NCBI GenBank assembly: GCA_045565415.1
Contig: JBJLFK010000001.1
Location: forward strand, 1-60,798
Source: Alphaproteobacteria bacterium
Lineage (GTDB): Bacteria; Pseudomonadota; Alphaproteobacteria; MED-G09
Reading direction: 5' to 3'
Length of the DNA: 60,798 nucleotides
Below are positions 1-10,831 of this stretch, in pieces (position 1 is the stretch's first letter; each line of letters opens with the position of its first letter). Below the pieces are notes generated by a model, which worked only from the letters and a program-made list of their open reading frames with translations, was not told where the DNA came from and ran no database searches. A program made the position numbers and the translations under genes.

Positions 1-43
1 CTGATAAAAAATTTCAATAAACTATTTAACGCGAAATTAAAAC

Positions 44-2017
44 TTAGGAAAACTCCAGAATAACTTCATCAGAAGCTAAACTATCGCCTCCCTTACAATA
101 AATTTTTTTAATTGTTCCAGATACTTCAGATCTAATCACATTTTCCATTTTCATTGCTTCGATCGTACAAAGTTTATCACCTATATCTATTTCTTGACCC
201 TTATTAACATCGATTGAGACTACTAATCCAGGCATAGGACATTTAACAATTTTTTCATTTGAACGAACATCCTTTGCTATCATGTGTTTTGATAACTCAT
301 AGGCTCTTTTAGATAAAATTTTGATATCTGAAGAAAAACCATAACTACTGATATTGTAACCATTTATAATTTTTTCAACTTTAAAATTATATTCTTCGCC
401 ATTAATGGAAATAGACGCTAATGGTTTTCCTGGTTCATAAGAAGAATCAATTGTAATTACTTCATCGTTATATTCTATTATAAGATTATCTTGTCTATCA
501 TATGTCTTGAATTCAAAAACAGAGTCCTCAATAACAGCAACTAAAGATTTTTCAAAAAATAGATTATTTTTATTCTGATTTCTCGATCTGAATTGATCTA
601 TGGTATGAAGATAAGTTCCGGAAATGGCAAATAATAGAGCAAATTTATCATTATTTACAAAAGGTCTATAACCTTCGGGATACTCAACATCAATAAATCC
701 AGTATTGATATCGCCGCTAATAAAGTTCTTATTCCTGATGATTGCCGTTAAGAAATTTATATTATTTCTTATTCCATTGATATAATGATGATTTAATGCA
801 ATTTCCATCTTTGAAAGAGCCTCATTTCTATCTTTTCCGTAAGAGCAAAGCTTGGAAATCATTGGGTCATAATAGATTGATATTTCACCTCCTTCATAAA
901 CTCCGGTATCATTCCTTATGTCATCCATATCAATAGGCGTAATGTATGAATTTAATCTACCTGTTGAAGGCATAAAATTTCTCTCCGGATCTTCTGCATA
1001 AATTCTAGACTCTATTGCCCATCCATCAAATTTTATATCATCTTGTCTTAATTTTAATTCTTCTCCAGAAGCTATTTTTATCATTTCTTCAACTAAATCA
1101 ATTCCAGTAACCAATTCTGTAACTGGATGCTCAACCTGTAACCTTGTATTCATCTCTAAAAAGTAAAACTTTTTATCTTGGTCTACTATAAACTCAACCG
1201 TTCCTGCACTTGCATAATTAATTGTTGATGCTAATCTTTTTGCTTGTTCTCCCATTTCATTTCTAAGCTTTTCATCAACAAATGGACTTGGCGACTCTTC
1301 TATAATTTTTTGATTTCTCCTTTGAATTGAGCATTCTCTTTCACCCAAATGGATAACATTTCCATAATTATCAGCTAATATTTGAATCTCTATATGCCTA
1401 GGTTTTTCAATAAATTTTTCTATAAATATTCTATCATCACCAAAACTTGATTTTGCCTCATTAACAGATGAATTGAATGCATCTTCAACATCTTCTTCAG
1501 ATTTAGCAATTCTCATACCTTTTCCACCGCCACCTGCCGAAGCTTTTATCATAACCGGGAAACCGATTTTTTTTGAAATTTCAAGAGCTTCTTCAGAATC
1601 TTTAATAATTTCTTGATGGCCTGGAATGATATTTACATTTGATTTTTCAGCAAAAATCTTTGACTCAATTTTATCACCCATTACTCTTATTGGTTCTGGT
1701 GGAGGACCTATAAATGTAATTCCTTCCCTTTCAAGCTGATTAACAAAAGAAGCGTTTTCTGAGAGAAAGCCATATCCAGGATGAACTGCGTCTGCGCCAG
1801 TTTTTTTACAGGCGTTTATTATTTTTTCAATGACCAAATATGATTCAGATGATGGGGCTAAACCAATATTAACAGACTCTTTAGCTTTCATAACATGTAA
1901 AGCTCTGCTATCAGCATCACTATAAACGGCTACGGTATCTATACCTAGTTTATTGCATGTATCTATTACTCTGCATGCAATTTCGCCTCTATTAGCAATT
2001 AAAATCTTTTTAAACAT
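44..2017 (-). CDS. pccA: Propionyl-CoA carboxylase alpha subunit (biotin carboxylase + biotin carrier)
   Basis: 657 aa; N-terminal ILIANRGEIA, HPGYGFLSEN, EMNTRLQVEHPVTE; C-terminal EAMKM biotinylation motif; adjacent to carboxyltransferase gene. Confidence 0.9.
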   Translation of the reverse strand: MFKKILIANRGEIACRVIDTCNKLGIDTVAVYSDADSRALHVMKAKESVNIGLAPSSESYLVIEKIINACKKTGADAVHPGYGFLSENASFVNQLEREGITFIGPPPEPIRVMGDKIESKIFAEKSNVNIIPGHQEIIKDSEEALEISKKIGFPVMIKASAGGGGKGMRIAKSEEDVEDAFNSSVNEAKSSFGDDRIFIEKFIEKPRHIEIQILADNYGNVIHLGERECSIQRRNQKIIEESPSPFVDEKLRNEMGEQAKRLASTINYASAGTVEFIVDQDKKFYFLEMNTRLQVEHPVTELVTGIDLVEEMIKIASGEELKLRQDDIKFDGWAIESRIYAEDPERNFMPSTGRLNSYITPIDMDDIRNDTGVYEGGEISIYYDPMISKLCSYGKDRNEALSKMEIALNHHYINGIRNNINFLTAIIRNKNFISGDINTGFIDVEYPEGYRPFVNNDKFALLFAISGTYLHTIDQFRSRNQNKNNLFFEKSLVAVIEDSVFEFKTYDRQDNLIIEYNDEVITIDSSYEPGKPLASISINGEEYNFKVEKIINGYNISSYGFSSDIKILSKRAYELSKHMIAKDVRSNEKIVKCPMPGLVVSIDVNKGQEIDIGDKLCTIEAMKMENVIRSEVSGTIKKIYCKGGDSLASDEVILEFS

Positions 2018-2024
2018 AATCTTC

Positions 2025-3557
2025 TCATAAAGGTAAATTATCGTGTTTCTTCCAAGGATTTGATAATTTTTTATTTCTTAAAAGTTTTAAAGCTTTTGCA
2101 ATTCTTGGTCTAACATTTCTTGGCATAATCACATCATCAATATAACCCCTCTCCGCAGCAACAAAAGGATTAAGAAATCTCTCCTCATATTCACTTGTAT
2201 GTTTGTTAATTTTGTCTTCATCACCAATATCTTTTCTATATAGTATTTCAACAGCTCCTTTTGCTCCCATAACAGCAATTTCAGCGCTAGGAAGAGCATA
2301 ATTAATGTCACCCCTCAAATGCTTTGGAGCCATAACACAATAAGCCCCGCCATATGCTTTTCTAGTTATGATTGTTACTTTTGGAACCGTTGCTTCGGCA
2401 TAGGCATATAAAAGTTTGGCGCCATTCTTGATTAAGCCACCATATTCTTGATCAGTTCCGGGAAGAAACCCTGGAACATCTACAAATGTTACAATCGGAA
2501 TGGAAAAAGAGTCACAAAATCGAACAAATCTTGCAGCTTTTCTACTTGCGTCAGAGTCTAACACACCCGCTAAATTCATAGGCTGATTACCTACAAAACC
2601 TACCGTGTACCCATCAATTCTTCCAAAACCAACAACAATATTTTTAGCAAAATTAGATTGTATTTCAAAAAAATCACCTTCATCAATAGCTTTGATTATT
2701 AACTCCTTTATATCATATGGAGTATTTGAATTTTCAGGTATAAGATGATCTAAACTGACTTCTGATCTAGAAACCTTATCAGAAGTTTCCTTTGTTGGTG
2801 CAGACTGAATATTACTTGAAGGAAGAAAATCAATAAATCTTCTAATATCTGAAAGCATATCAATATCGTTATTATAGGCGCCATCAGCAACTGACGATTT
2901 TGTTGTATGAACATCTGCACCACCTAATTCATCAGCTGTAACCTCTTCATTGGTTACTGTTTTAACTACATCTGGACCAGTTACAAACATATAGGATGTA
3001 TCTCTGACCATAAAAATAAAGTCAGTTAATGCTGGAGAATAAACATCGCCTCCTGCACAAGGACCCATAATTAATGAAATTTGCGGAATTACACCAGAAG
3101 CAAGAACATTTCTTTGAAAAACCTCAGAATACCCTCCTAAGGAATCTATACCTTCTTGAATTCTTGCTCCCCCTGCATCAAGAACACCAATTAATGGCGC
3201 ATTATTTTTCAAAGCCATATCTTGTATTTTGTTGATTTTTTTTGAATGAGCCAAGGATAAAGAGCCGCCGAAAACTGTAAAATCCTTAACATATAAAAAT
3301 ATTGATCTTCCGTTAATTTGACCAGACCCAATAACTACCCCATCGCCAGGTATTTTATTCTTTTCCATACCAAAATCTGTACTGCTATGCTCAACAAACA
3401 TATCGTACTCTTCGAATGATCCTTCATCTAAGAGAAGATCAATTCTCTCTCGTGCAGTAAGTTTTCCTTTTGAATGTTGAGCATTTATTCGGTCTTGCCC
3501 ACCACCAAGCTTTGCTTGCTCTCTTCTTTTTTCAAGCTCTTTTATAATATCTTCCAT
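2025..3557 (-). CDS. pccB: Propionyl-CoA carboxylase beta subunit (carboxyltransferase)
   Basis: 510 aa; [32 protein letters not shown]-terminal KKHDNLPL. Confidence 0.92.
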   Translation of the reverse strand: MEDIIKELEKRREQAKLGGGQDRINAQHSKGKLTARERIDLLLDEGSFEEYDMFVEHSSTDFGMEKNKIPGDGVVIGSGQINGRSIFLYVKDFTVFGGSLSLAHSKKINKIQDMALKNNAPLIGVLDAGGARIQEGIDSLGGYSEVFQRNVLASGVIPQISLIMGPCAGGDVYSPALTDFIFMVRDTSYMFVTGPDVVKTVTNEEVTADELGGADVHTTKSSVADGAYNNDIDMLSDIRRFIDFLPSSNIQSAPTKETSDKVSRSEVSLDHLIPENSNTPYDIKELIIKAIDEGDFFEIQSNFAKNIVVGFGRIDGYTVGFVGNQPMNLAGVLDSDASRKAARFVRFCDSFSIPIVTFVDVPGFLPGTDQEYGGLIKNGAKLLYAYAEATVPKVTIITRKAYGGAYCVMAPKHLRGDINYALPSAEIAVMGAKGAVEILYRKDIGDEDKINKHTSEYEERFLNPFVAAERGYIDDVIMPRNVRPRIAKALKLLRNKKLSNPWKKHDNLPL

Positions 3558-3576
3558 ATGGTTCCCTCAATAAAAT

Positions 3577-4470
3577 TTAAATATTAACTTCATATGGAAG
3601 ATCATATTTTTTCCATTTTTCTCTCATATGCTTTGGAAGCTCAGCCTCGAAAAACATCTTATTCCCGTTTGGATGATAGAACTCGACACTTCGACTATGA
3701 AGGTGTAATTTCTCACTATCTTCCACATTACCGTACCTTTTATCACCTAAAATTGGAATGCCCAATTCTTTCGAATGTATGCGAATTTGGTGATTTCTGC
3801 CAGTAATAGGTTTAAAAATAATAAAATTCAAATTATTATTTATTTTCATATAGTTATTGTATTCTGTTAAAGCTTCATAATAAGTTTTAGAGTTTTTCTT
3901 TTTAATTTCTTTATTGATAGTTCCTTTACCTATTTTTAATTTACCAACATTTAATGCCCAATAATTTTTGGTTATTTCTTTTTCACGAAATAAATAAGAC
4001 ATATGATCAGCAATTTGTCTGTTTAGGGCAATTATTAATATCCCTGAAGTATCTTTATCAAGTCTATGTACCAACCTAGTTTTTAAAGATTTGAATGAAG
4101 ATTTTAATAAAGTATCGATACTTTTCTTAATTTTCGTACCTCCTTGAACAGCAATACCAGGTGGCTTATTCAATATTAGAAGCTCATCATCTTGGTAAAT
4201 GATCATTTCATCAATTTCTTTTTTTGAATTGCGATTAAAATGATATTTTTTTTCTTTTTTTAAGTTTCTATATTCGCTGCTAATAGAAATTTGATCATCA
4301 ATTTGAATTCGATGGTTTGATTTTATTTTTTTTTCATTAACTTTTATCTTTTTTTTTCTCAACGCAATTTCAATATCATTCTGACGAAAAGCTGAGTAAG
4401 TTATTTTAATCCACTTATCTAAACGAACATTAGAATATTCATCTGAAACATTATAAACATCAAAATTCAT
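3577..4470 (-). CDS. rluC: RluA-family (RluC-like) 23S rRNA pseudouridine synthase
   Basis: N-terminal S4-like RLDKW; NKPPGIAVQGG; catalytic HRLDKDTSG; TGRNHQIR. Confidence 0.85.
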   Translation of the reverse strand: MNFDVYNVSDEYSNVRLDKWIKITYSAFRQNDIEIALRKKKIKVNEKKIKSNHRIQIDDQISISSEYRNLKKEKKYHFNRNSKKEIDEMIIYQDDELLILNKPPGIAVQGGTKIKKSIDTLLKSSFKSLKTRLVHRLDKDTSGILIIALNRQIADHMSYLFREKEITKNYWALNVGKLKIGKGTINKEIKKKNSKTYYEALTEYNNYMKINNNLNFIIFKPITGRNHQIRIHSKELGIPILGDKRYGNVEDSEKLHLHSRSVEFYHPNGNKMFFEAELPKHMREKWKKYDLPYEVNI

Positions 4471-4838
4471 GATAAACTGGCTATTTTAGTAAAACAAAAT
4501 CCTAAATAAACAGATAGTAAAGAAGTTACAATAGAGCCAAATATATAAATCAAAGAAATAAGATGCTGATCTTTTTGAAATAAATCTAAAGCCTCAATTG
4601 AAAAGGTAGAAAAAGTTGTAAAACCTCCTAAAAAACCAATCATTAAGAAAGATTTTAAAAATTCATTATTTGAATCTTTTAATAAAAAAAAGAATATACC
4701 AATTAAAAAAGACCCAGTTGCATTTATTATAAGCGTAGACAATGGAAAACTTGAGTTAGAAATAAAGTTTACTGTCCCTATGTAGTATCTTAGTAATGAG
4801 CCCATTGCCCCACCGATTGCAATACTTAATACAATCAA
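4467..4838 (-). CDS. crcB: Fluoride efflux channel CrcB/FluC
   Basis: 123 aa hydrophobic; GGAMGSLLRY and GFLGGFTTFSTF signatures; TTG start with AAGGAG RBS. Confidence 0.93.
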   Translation of the reverse strand: MIVLSIAIGGAMGSLLRYYIGTVNFISNSSFPLSTLIINATGSFLIGIFFFLLKDSNNEFLKSFLMIGFLGGFTTFSTFSIEALDLFQKDQHLISLIYIFGSIVTSLLSVYLGFCFTKIASLS

Positions 4839-4907
4839 ATTATTCTCCTTTAATTTTATTACTATAAATAATAATTATATTAATATTATATAAAATTAAA
4901 ATTTAAT

Positions 4908-5438
4908 ATGACTAATCATTTAATAAATACAACTGTAACCTGGCTTAAATATAATGGAAAAATTATTAATAATGATTTATTGGAAGATAATAAATTAAAT
5001 ATAGTTCGAAAAATAAAAATAACAGTTAGAGAATATAAAAAAATATACAAAGAAGTTGGTTATAAATACAACTGGATTGGAAGACTAAAAATAAAAGAAA
5101 CTGAATTAAAGGAAATAATTCATAGTAGTTTTGTTGAAATTTATTTGATGAAAAAAAATAATAAAATAATTGGATTTCTTGAAATGGATTACAGGTCATC
5201 AAAAGAAATCAAAATCGTTCACCTAGGCTTAATAGAGAGCTATATTGGAAAAGGTTATGGAAAAACATTATTAAAATTTGCAATAAAAAGAGCTAAAGAA
5301 TTAAGAATTCAACCTTTAATCTTACAAACTAATTCTTTAGATCATCCAAATGCATTGCTTTTTTATCAAAAAAATGGTTTTCAAGTATATTCTAGAAGAA
5401 ATGCAAAAGTCATTATGGATAATATTTATGAAAAATAA
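4908..5438 (+). CDS. GNAT-family N-acetyltransferase
   Basis: 176 aa; acetyl-CoA motif A (YIGKGYGKTLL) and LDHPNALLFYQKNGF. Confidence 0.8.
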   Translation: MTNHLINTTVTWLKYNGKIINNDLLEDNKLNIVRKIKITVREYKKIYKEVGYKYNWIGRLKIKETELKEIIHSSFVEIYLMKKNNKIIGFLEMDYRSSKEIKIVHLGLIESYIGKGYGKTLLKFAIKRAKELRIQPLILQTNSLDHPNALLFYQKNGFQVYSRRNAKVIMDNIYEK

Positions 5439-7011
5439 GATTAATATATTTGTTATTTTATCATTCTTTTTTTTATTGCCTCTAGATATTTTTGCTTCAG
5501 AAAAAACTCTTCACAGAGGAAATGGAGCAGAACCAGATACACTTGATCCTCATTTAGCAACTGGTCATTGGGAGGGAAGCGTTATAAATGATATTTTTGT
5601 TGGTCTATTTACAAAAGGCCTAGATGGATCATCGATAAAAGGTTCAGTTAAAAATTATACAAAAAGTGAGGATGGTCTTATTTATACTTTCACTCTAAGG
5701 CAAGATCATTTTTGGTCTGATGGTATAAATGTAACTGCAGAAGATTATGTTAATGGTTTTAGAAGAGTTTTAGATCCTTTAACAGCTTCTCAATATGGAT
5801 CCTTGTTGTATTTAATTAAAAATGGTTTTGAAGTAAATTCAGGATCGCTATCTCCAGAAAATTTAGGTGTAAAAAAAATTGATAAATATACACTTGAAAT
5901 AACGCTTAATTATCCTGCACCTTATTTTGAAGAGTTACTAACTCATTACACAACCTACCCTATTCCAAGTCATATTATTGAGAAGCACGGCAAAGGTTGG
6001 ATTAAGCCAAAAAATATAGTTACAAATGGACCGTATAAACTTTCTGTTTGGAGGGCTCACGATCATATTTTATTAAAAAGAAATAACTTTTTTTATGATA
6101 ATAATAATGTTTGGTATGATGAAGTAAAATATTATCCTACTGAAGATAATGAAGCCGCTTTAAGACGATTTAGAGCAGGAGAGTTAGATATAAACAGCGG
6201 GTTTCCTGAAAATAAAACATCTTGGCTTAAAAAAAATATGCCTAATAACATTAGACTTGATAATATCTTGGTTGTTACATATTTGATTTTTAATACCCAA
6301 AAAAAGCCATTTGATAACCCAAATGTTAGAAGAGCTGTTTCTTTATCAATAGATAGAGATGTAATAGTAAACAAAATAAGAGGTTTTAACGAGACTATAG
6401 CTTGGTCGTTAGTGCCCAAAGGAATTAAAAACTATAAATATGAAGAACTAGTAGATGAAAGAAAATTAACTCAACAAGAGAGATATTTGGTTGCTAGAAA
6501 TCTACTCAAAGAAAGCGGTTATACCAAAGACTCACCTCTCACATTCACTCTTAAATATAGACAAGGAGGAGATCAAAAAAAACATATGGTTGCTATTCAG
6601 TCTATGCTGAGGAATTCTGGTATAAAGGTTGAGCTCGAAGGATCTGAACCAAAAGTATTATATAGCTATCTTAGGACGGGTGATTTTCAAGTAGGTGATG
6701 CAGGATGGATAGCGGATTTCAATGATGCGTCAAATTTTCTATTCTTATTTCAACAATCATCTGGTCCTTTAAATTATGGAAATTACAATAATCCAGTTTT
6801 TGATAATATGATTGATAAAGCTTTATCTGAATTAGATATCAAAAAGAGAGCTAAAATATTAAAAGAGGCTGAAGTTGTTCTTTTAAATGATATGCCATTT
6901 GCACCAATTCTATTTGGAATAAGTAGATGGCTAGTAAAAGAGAATATTGATGGTTGGCAAACAAATTATGCTGCATACCACCCAACAAGATTCTTAAAAC
7001 CTAGAGAATAA
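5428..7011 (+). CDS. oppA: Peptide ABC transporter substrate-binding protein (OppA family)
   Basis: Start reassigned to ATG 5428 (MKNKINIF... signal peptide); RGNGAEPDTLDP, WSDG, NGPY, GWIADFND motifs of family-5 SBPs. Confidence 0.88.
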   Translation: MKNKINIFVILSFFFLLPLDIFASEKTLHRGNGAEPDTLDPHLATGHWEGSVINDIFVGLFTKGLDGSSIKGSVKNYTKSEDGLIYTFTLRQDHFWSDGINVTAEDYVNGFRRVLDPLTASQYGSLLYLIKNGFEVNSGSLSPENLGVKKIDKYTLEITLNYPAPYFEELLTHYTTYPIPSHIIEKHGKGWIKPKNIVTNGPYKLSVWRAHDHILLKRNNFFYDNNNVWYDEVKYYPTEDNEAALRRFRAGELDINSGFPENKTSWLKKNMPNNIRLDNILVVTYLIFNTQKKPFDNPNVRRAVSLSIDRDVIVNKIRGFNETIAWSLVPKGIKNYKYEELVDERKLTQQERYLVARNLLKESGYTKDSPLTFTLKYRQGGDQKKHMVAIQSMLRNSGIKVELEGSEPKVLYSYLRTGDFQVGDAGWIADFNDASNFLFLFQQSSGPLNYGNYNNPVFDNMIDKALSELDIKKRAKILKEAEVVLLNDMPFAPILFGISRWLVKENIDGWQTNYAAYHPTRFLKPRE

Positions 7012-7015
7012 ATTT

Positions 7016-7045
7016 AAGGCTTAACCAATAAAATGATTAAGCCTT
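7016..7045. terminator. Probable bidirectional hairpin terminator between convergent oppA and TonB receptor
   Basis: AAGGCTTAA (7016-7024) / TTAAGCCTT (7037-7045) inverted repeat in the 41-bp gap between the two stop codons; U-tracts are weak. Confidence 0.6.
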
Positions 7046-7052
7046 TAATTAA

Positions 7053-9869
7053 TTAAAACTGAGAAGCAATCCTTACATACCAGAATTGTGATCCCCAAGT
7101 TCTATAAGAAGGATCGAAATCATTAGCAAATGAATCTGGGAAATAAGGTGGATCTTCATCCAAGATATTATCTACTCCAACTGTTAATGTAGAGTTGATA
7201 CTTTCAAATATATAGGAGGCTTGTGTATCCCAATACCAGGTATCACCTAAAGTTCTAATTTCATCGCCAGCTAAATATGAGCCATCTGCAGATGTTCTTG
7301 GAACTTGTCCCGCTACGCCATCAACTTCACCATGATATTGTCCTGATAATGAAACTGTTAAAGCGTCACTATTCCACACAAGACCTAAATTGGCTTTGAT
7401 TTCTTTGAATTGATTTCTTCCATTGCCAGTTACATAACCAGCATAATGTTCTACAGATCCATCAGCCTTAGTAACATCATATGTATCAAGAACAGCTATT
7501 TCACTTGATACCCTCCAATTGCCGAGGCTATCTGACCAATCATAAGTGGCTGCTATTTCAAAACCAGAGGTTTCAACCATACCAATATTATTAGTAGTAT
7601 TTCTAAGATCTTTAACGAAACCAGTAGGAAGCCTTTCAATTAGAGCACAATATGCTTGATTATTCTCACTATAACAACCATTCATAATAAGTTGGGAGCC
7701 AATTGCTGAAATAGTATTTGTAATTTCTATTTCATAATAATCAGCATACAACTTAAGACCTTCAACAGGTGCTAATATTATTCCTAAATTAATACCCTCA
7801 GATTCCTCTGGCTGAACATCTGGATTTCCGCCAACAGTAACTCTTATTTGAGTATTAGGTTGAGTAAATCCTGCAGGTACTCCGTCTGTTAAGCATTGTC
7901 CTGATTGCGTACCATCATCATTCCCAGTAAAGTTTGAAGCATTCACATCACATGGATCTTTAATTTCAGGATAGCTATCATTATTACCACTATATAAATT
8001 TCCAATTGAAGGAGCTCTAAACCCTTCAGCAAAGGTTGCTCTGAAAGTAACAATATCATTTGGTGAGTAAGTTAAACCATACTTAGCATTTGTTGTTTCA
8101 CCAAAAGATGAGTAATCAGAATATCTTACTGAAGCACTTAAATCTAAGCCATCAGCAATAGGAATTGCTAATTCTAAATAAGTTTCATCAACCTCAAACT
8201 CACCCTTTACTGGACTAGCAGCATTACCTGATGATAATCCTGCTGCAATAAATGCATCAGGTTCAAAACTACCCTCTTCTTTTCTATGCTCATAACCAAA
8301 AGCAACGCCAACTGGTCCAGCAGGCAATTGAGCAATCTCCCCTGATACATCAAAACCAAAATTCTTCATTTCATTTTCGCCAGTATCATGTGCTAAGAAA
8401 GTAATATAATCCACCATTTCTGCGGTAATAGAACCTGATCCTGTCCATAAACCATCTCCTATATATTGGCTGTCTGAGCCTTGACCGCCAAAGAGATTTA
8501 ACGCAACACAACTTCCAGAACATGCATCACCACTTAAAGCTTTTTTAATGTTTCCTGTATTTAAAAGACCTGCAGTAGTTGTAACATTTTTATTCTGAGC
8601 CCAGATAAAATATGCGGATACATCCCAATCAGCTATTTTTGTTTCAAGACCCATAGAAAGTCTATATGTCTCAGTATCTTGAATATAGTTTCTATTCCCA
8701 GCCTCAAGTAATCTTCTGCCTAACCAACCTACAGCGTATCCGCCAGGATAGTTTGCATCATTACAAGCTTTACCTTCAACTGAAAGACCAGTTAAATCAC
8801 AAAACTCTAGTCCAAAAGGATTATAAGGGTTATTTCTTGAAATACCTTCACTTCCACCAAAATCACCAAATCCATAAAATAATGGCATTGGAGCCAATAA
8901 CTGATCTGAAACCCTATTTTGATAAACACCAAATAAAGTTACTGAAGTATCTTCTGCTATTTCAAATGTTCCTTTAGCGAAAAAGTTTTTTCTCTCATTT
9001 GGGGTTTCTACATAATTATATGGATTATAATTAAAACGATCATCGGGGCTTGTCCAACATCTAAAATCACTAGGGGAAGACCCTGATGTGCCTTCATTTG
9101 GTTGAAAATTACTACAACCTGGTACAACGCCTCCATATGCTAATCTACCTTGTGGGGTTCCTGAAGAACCACCAAAACTAGGTCTTGCAGCTGTTTCTTC
9201 TCTTTCCCAATTACCTAATTCATGAACATCAACATATGAAGCACCCATAATAAATGATCCACCATCAAATGTTGATCCCATACTAATTGAAAAATTATCA
9301 GCTACTCCACCGCCATCAAAATATTCTCCTCTTTGGAAAGAAACATCTAATCCATCATATGAATCTTTGGTAACTATATTAATAACCGCACCAATAGCAT
9401 CTGAACCATAAATCGATGCTGCGCCATCTTTAAGAACTTCAACTCTCTCTACTGCAGCAGTTGGAATAGTATTAATATCAACGGAACCATTTGCTCCTTG
9501 GCCACTATTAACCCACCTTCTTCCATCAACAAGAACAAGGGTTCTTTGCGAGCCAAGATTTCTGAAATCTATTCTAACGGAACCATCTCCACCATTATTA
9601 TAATTTCTATTTAAGCCTGATCCTTGCCCAGGTAGCTCTAATAGAACTTCACCAATAGAGATTTTACCCGATAAAAGAATATCTTCTTGGTCAACTATAG
9701 AAACAGGAGAAAAGCTATCTGTTGCCGTAGTCTTAATTCTAGAACCTGTAACAATAATTTCCTCAACTGCATCAACTTCATCTTGAGCGAATAATTCAAA
9801 GGAAAGTGAAATTAGAATAGCAAAAACTAAAGTATAAATTACTTTATTAAGTTTTTTAAAATATATCAT
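7053..9869 (-). CDS. TonB-dependent outer membrane receptor, Cys-rich loops, substrate unknown
   Basis: 938 aa; signal peptide, TonB box EEIIVTGSR, plug motifs RTLVLVDGRR and VERVEVLKDGAASIYGSDA, FRAPS, terminal Phe. Confidence 0.93.
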   Translation of the reverse strand: MIYFKKLNKVIYTLVFAILISLSFELFAQDEVDAVEEIIVTGSRIKTTATDSFSPVSIVDQEDILLSGKISIGEVLLELPGQGSGLNRNYNNGGDGSVRIDFRNLGSQRTLVLVDGRRWVNSGQGANGSVDINTIPTAAVERVEVLKDGAASIYGSDAIGAVINIVTKDSYDGLDVSFQRGEYFDGGGVADNFSISMGSTFDGGSFIMGASYVDVHELGNWEREETAARPSFGGSSGTPQGRLAYGGVVPGCSNFQPNEGTSGSSPSDFRCWTSPDDRFNYNPYNYVETPNERKNFFAKGTFEIAEDTSVTLFGVYQNRVSDQLLAPMPLFYGFGDFGGSEGISRNNPYNPFGLEFCDLTGLSVEGKACNDANYPGGYAVGWLGRRLLEAGNRNYIQDTETYRLSMGLETKIADWDVSAYFIWAQNKNVTTTAGLLNTGNIKKALSGDACSGSCVALNLFGGQGSDSQYIGDGLWTGSGSITAEMVDYITFLAHDTGENEMKNFGFDVSGEIAQLPAGPVGVAFGYEHRKEEGSFEPDAFIAAGLSSGNAASPVKGEFEVDETYLELAIPIADGLDLSASVRYSDYSSFGETTNAKYGLTYSPNDIVTFRATFAEGFRAPSIGNLYSGNNDSYPEIKDPCDVNASNFTGNDDGTQSGQCLTDGVPAGFTQPNTQIRVTVGGNPDVQPEESEGINLGIILAPVEGLKLYADYYEIEITNTISAIGSQLIMNGCYSENNQAYCALIERLPTGFVKDLRNTTNNIGMVETSGFEIAATYDWSDSLGNWRVSSEIAVLDTYDVTKADGSVEHYAGYVTGNGRNQFKEIKANLGLVWNSDALTVSLSGQYHGEVDGVAGQVPRTSADGSYLAGDEIRTLGDTWYWDTQASYIFESINSTLTVGVDNILDEDPPYFPDSFANDFDPSYRTWGSQFWYVRIASQF

Positions 9870-9905
9870 ATGACCCCCATCATTTTTTCATTTTAAATCA
9901 ATTAG

Positions 9906-9935
9906 ATAATAGCATTTATATATATTTTATGTCAA
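9906..9935 (-). promoter_or_regulatory. Putative sigma70 promoter of the TonB receptor
   Basis: Minus strand TTGACA (9935-9930), 18 nt, then (GC)TATTAT (9911-9906), ~36 nt upstream of the ATG. Confidence 0.55.
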
Positions 9936-10015
9936 TTTTATGAAAAAAAAATTATACAATAATAAGATTAAATTAAGGTATAATTAACCAAATATTAAAA
10001 TAAATAAGGTTAATT

Positions 10016-10831
10016 ATGGTTAAAATAAATAAAAATACGGGTGAATCTTTTGTAAAAATTCTTGAAATTATGTCTGCTTTAAGGGATCCAAAAACTGGAT
10101 GCGATTGGGATAAAGATCAAGATTCTAACAGTATAAAAAGTTACTGTATTGAAGAGGCTTACGAAGTTGTTGAAGCAATAGAAAATGATGATAATAGCGC
10201 TTTATGTGAGGAATTAGGGGATTTATTATTTCAGGTTATTTTTCATACTGAAATTCATAATGAAAAAGGTAATTTCAATATTATAGATGTAATTGATAAT
10301 TTATCCGAAAAATTGATAAGAAGACATCCGCATGTATTTGAAAAAGATTCTTATACAAACTCAAAAAAACAAATTGAAAAAAATTGGGCAAATATAAAGC
10401 GACAAGAAAGAATAGATAAAGGTAATACTGGAATGCTTGATGATATACCGAAAAATTTTCCAGCAATGCTTAGATCATTAAAGTTACAAAAGAGAGCCTC
10501 CGAAAATGGTTTTGATTGGAAAAACCCCAATGAAACCTTTAAAAAAATAGAGGAAGAGAAACAAGAACTTGAAATTGCATTAATTGAGCAAGAAAATGAA
10601 GAAATAGAAGAAGAAATTGGTGATTTAATTTTCTCGGTTATAAATTTATCACGTAAACTAAAAATTGACCCTGAAAATGCATTGAGAAAAGCAAATAATA
10701 AATTCTCGGTAAGAATAAATTACATTGAAAAAGAACTTCAAAAAGAAAATAAAAAATTCAATCAAAGTAATTTAATTGAATTAGAAAGATTATGGAATCA
10801 AGCAAAAATAGATGTTAAACAGGTAAAATAG
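10016..10831 (+). CDS. mazG: Nucleoside triphosphate pyrophosphohydrolase MazG
   Basis: LRDPKTGCDWD, EEAYEV, EELGDLL, IRRHPHVF, second EEEIGDL domain. Confidence 0.95.
   Translation: MVKINKNTGESFVKILEIMSALRDPKTGCDWDKDQDSNSIKSYCIEEAYEVVEAIENDDNSALCEELGDLLFQVIFHTEIHNEKGNFNIIDVIDNLSEKLIRRHPHVFEKDSYTNSKKQIEKNWANIKRQERIDKGNTGMLDDIPKNFPAMLRSLKLQKRASENGFDWKNPNETFKKIEEEKQELEIALIEQENEEIEEEIGDLIFSVINLSRKLKIDPENALRKANNKFSVRINYIEKELQKENKKFNQSNLIELERLWNQAKIDVKQVK

Noticed and set aside
4839-4907. Fluoride riboswitch upstream of crcB
   Set aside because: The 69-bp spacer is almost pure A/T and has no GGCGATG-like core or GC stems
9870-10015. Cobalamin riboswitch or Fur/Irr box upstream of the TonB receptor
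   Set aside because: No GC-rich B12-box elements; GATAATAGCATTTAT resembles a Fur box only weakly and is expected by chance in AT-rich DNA
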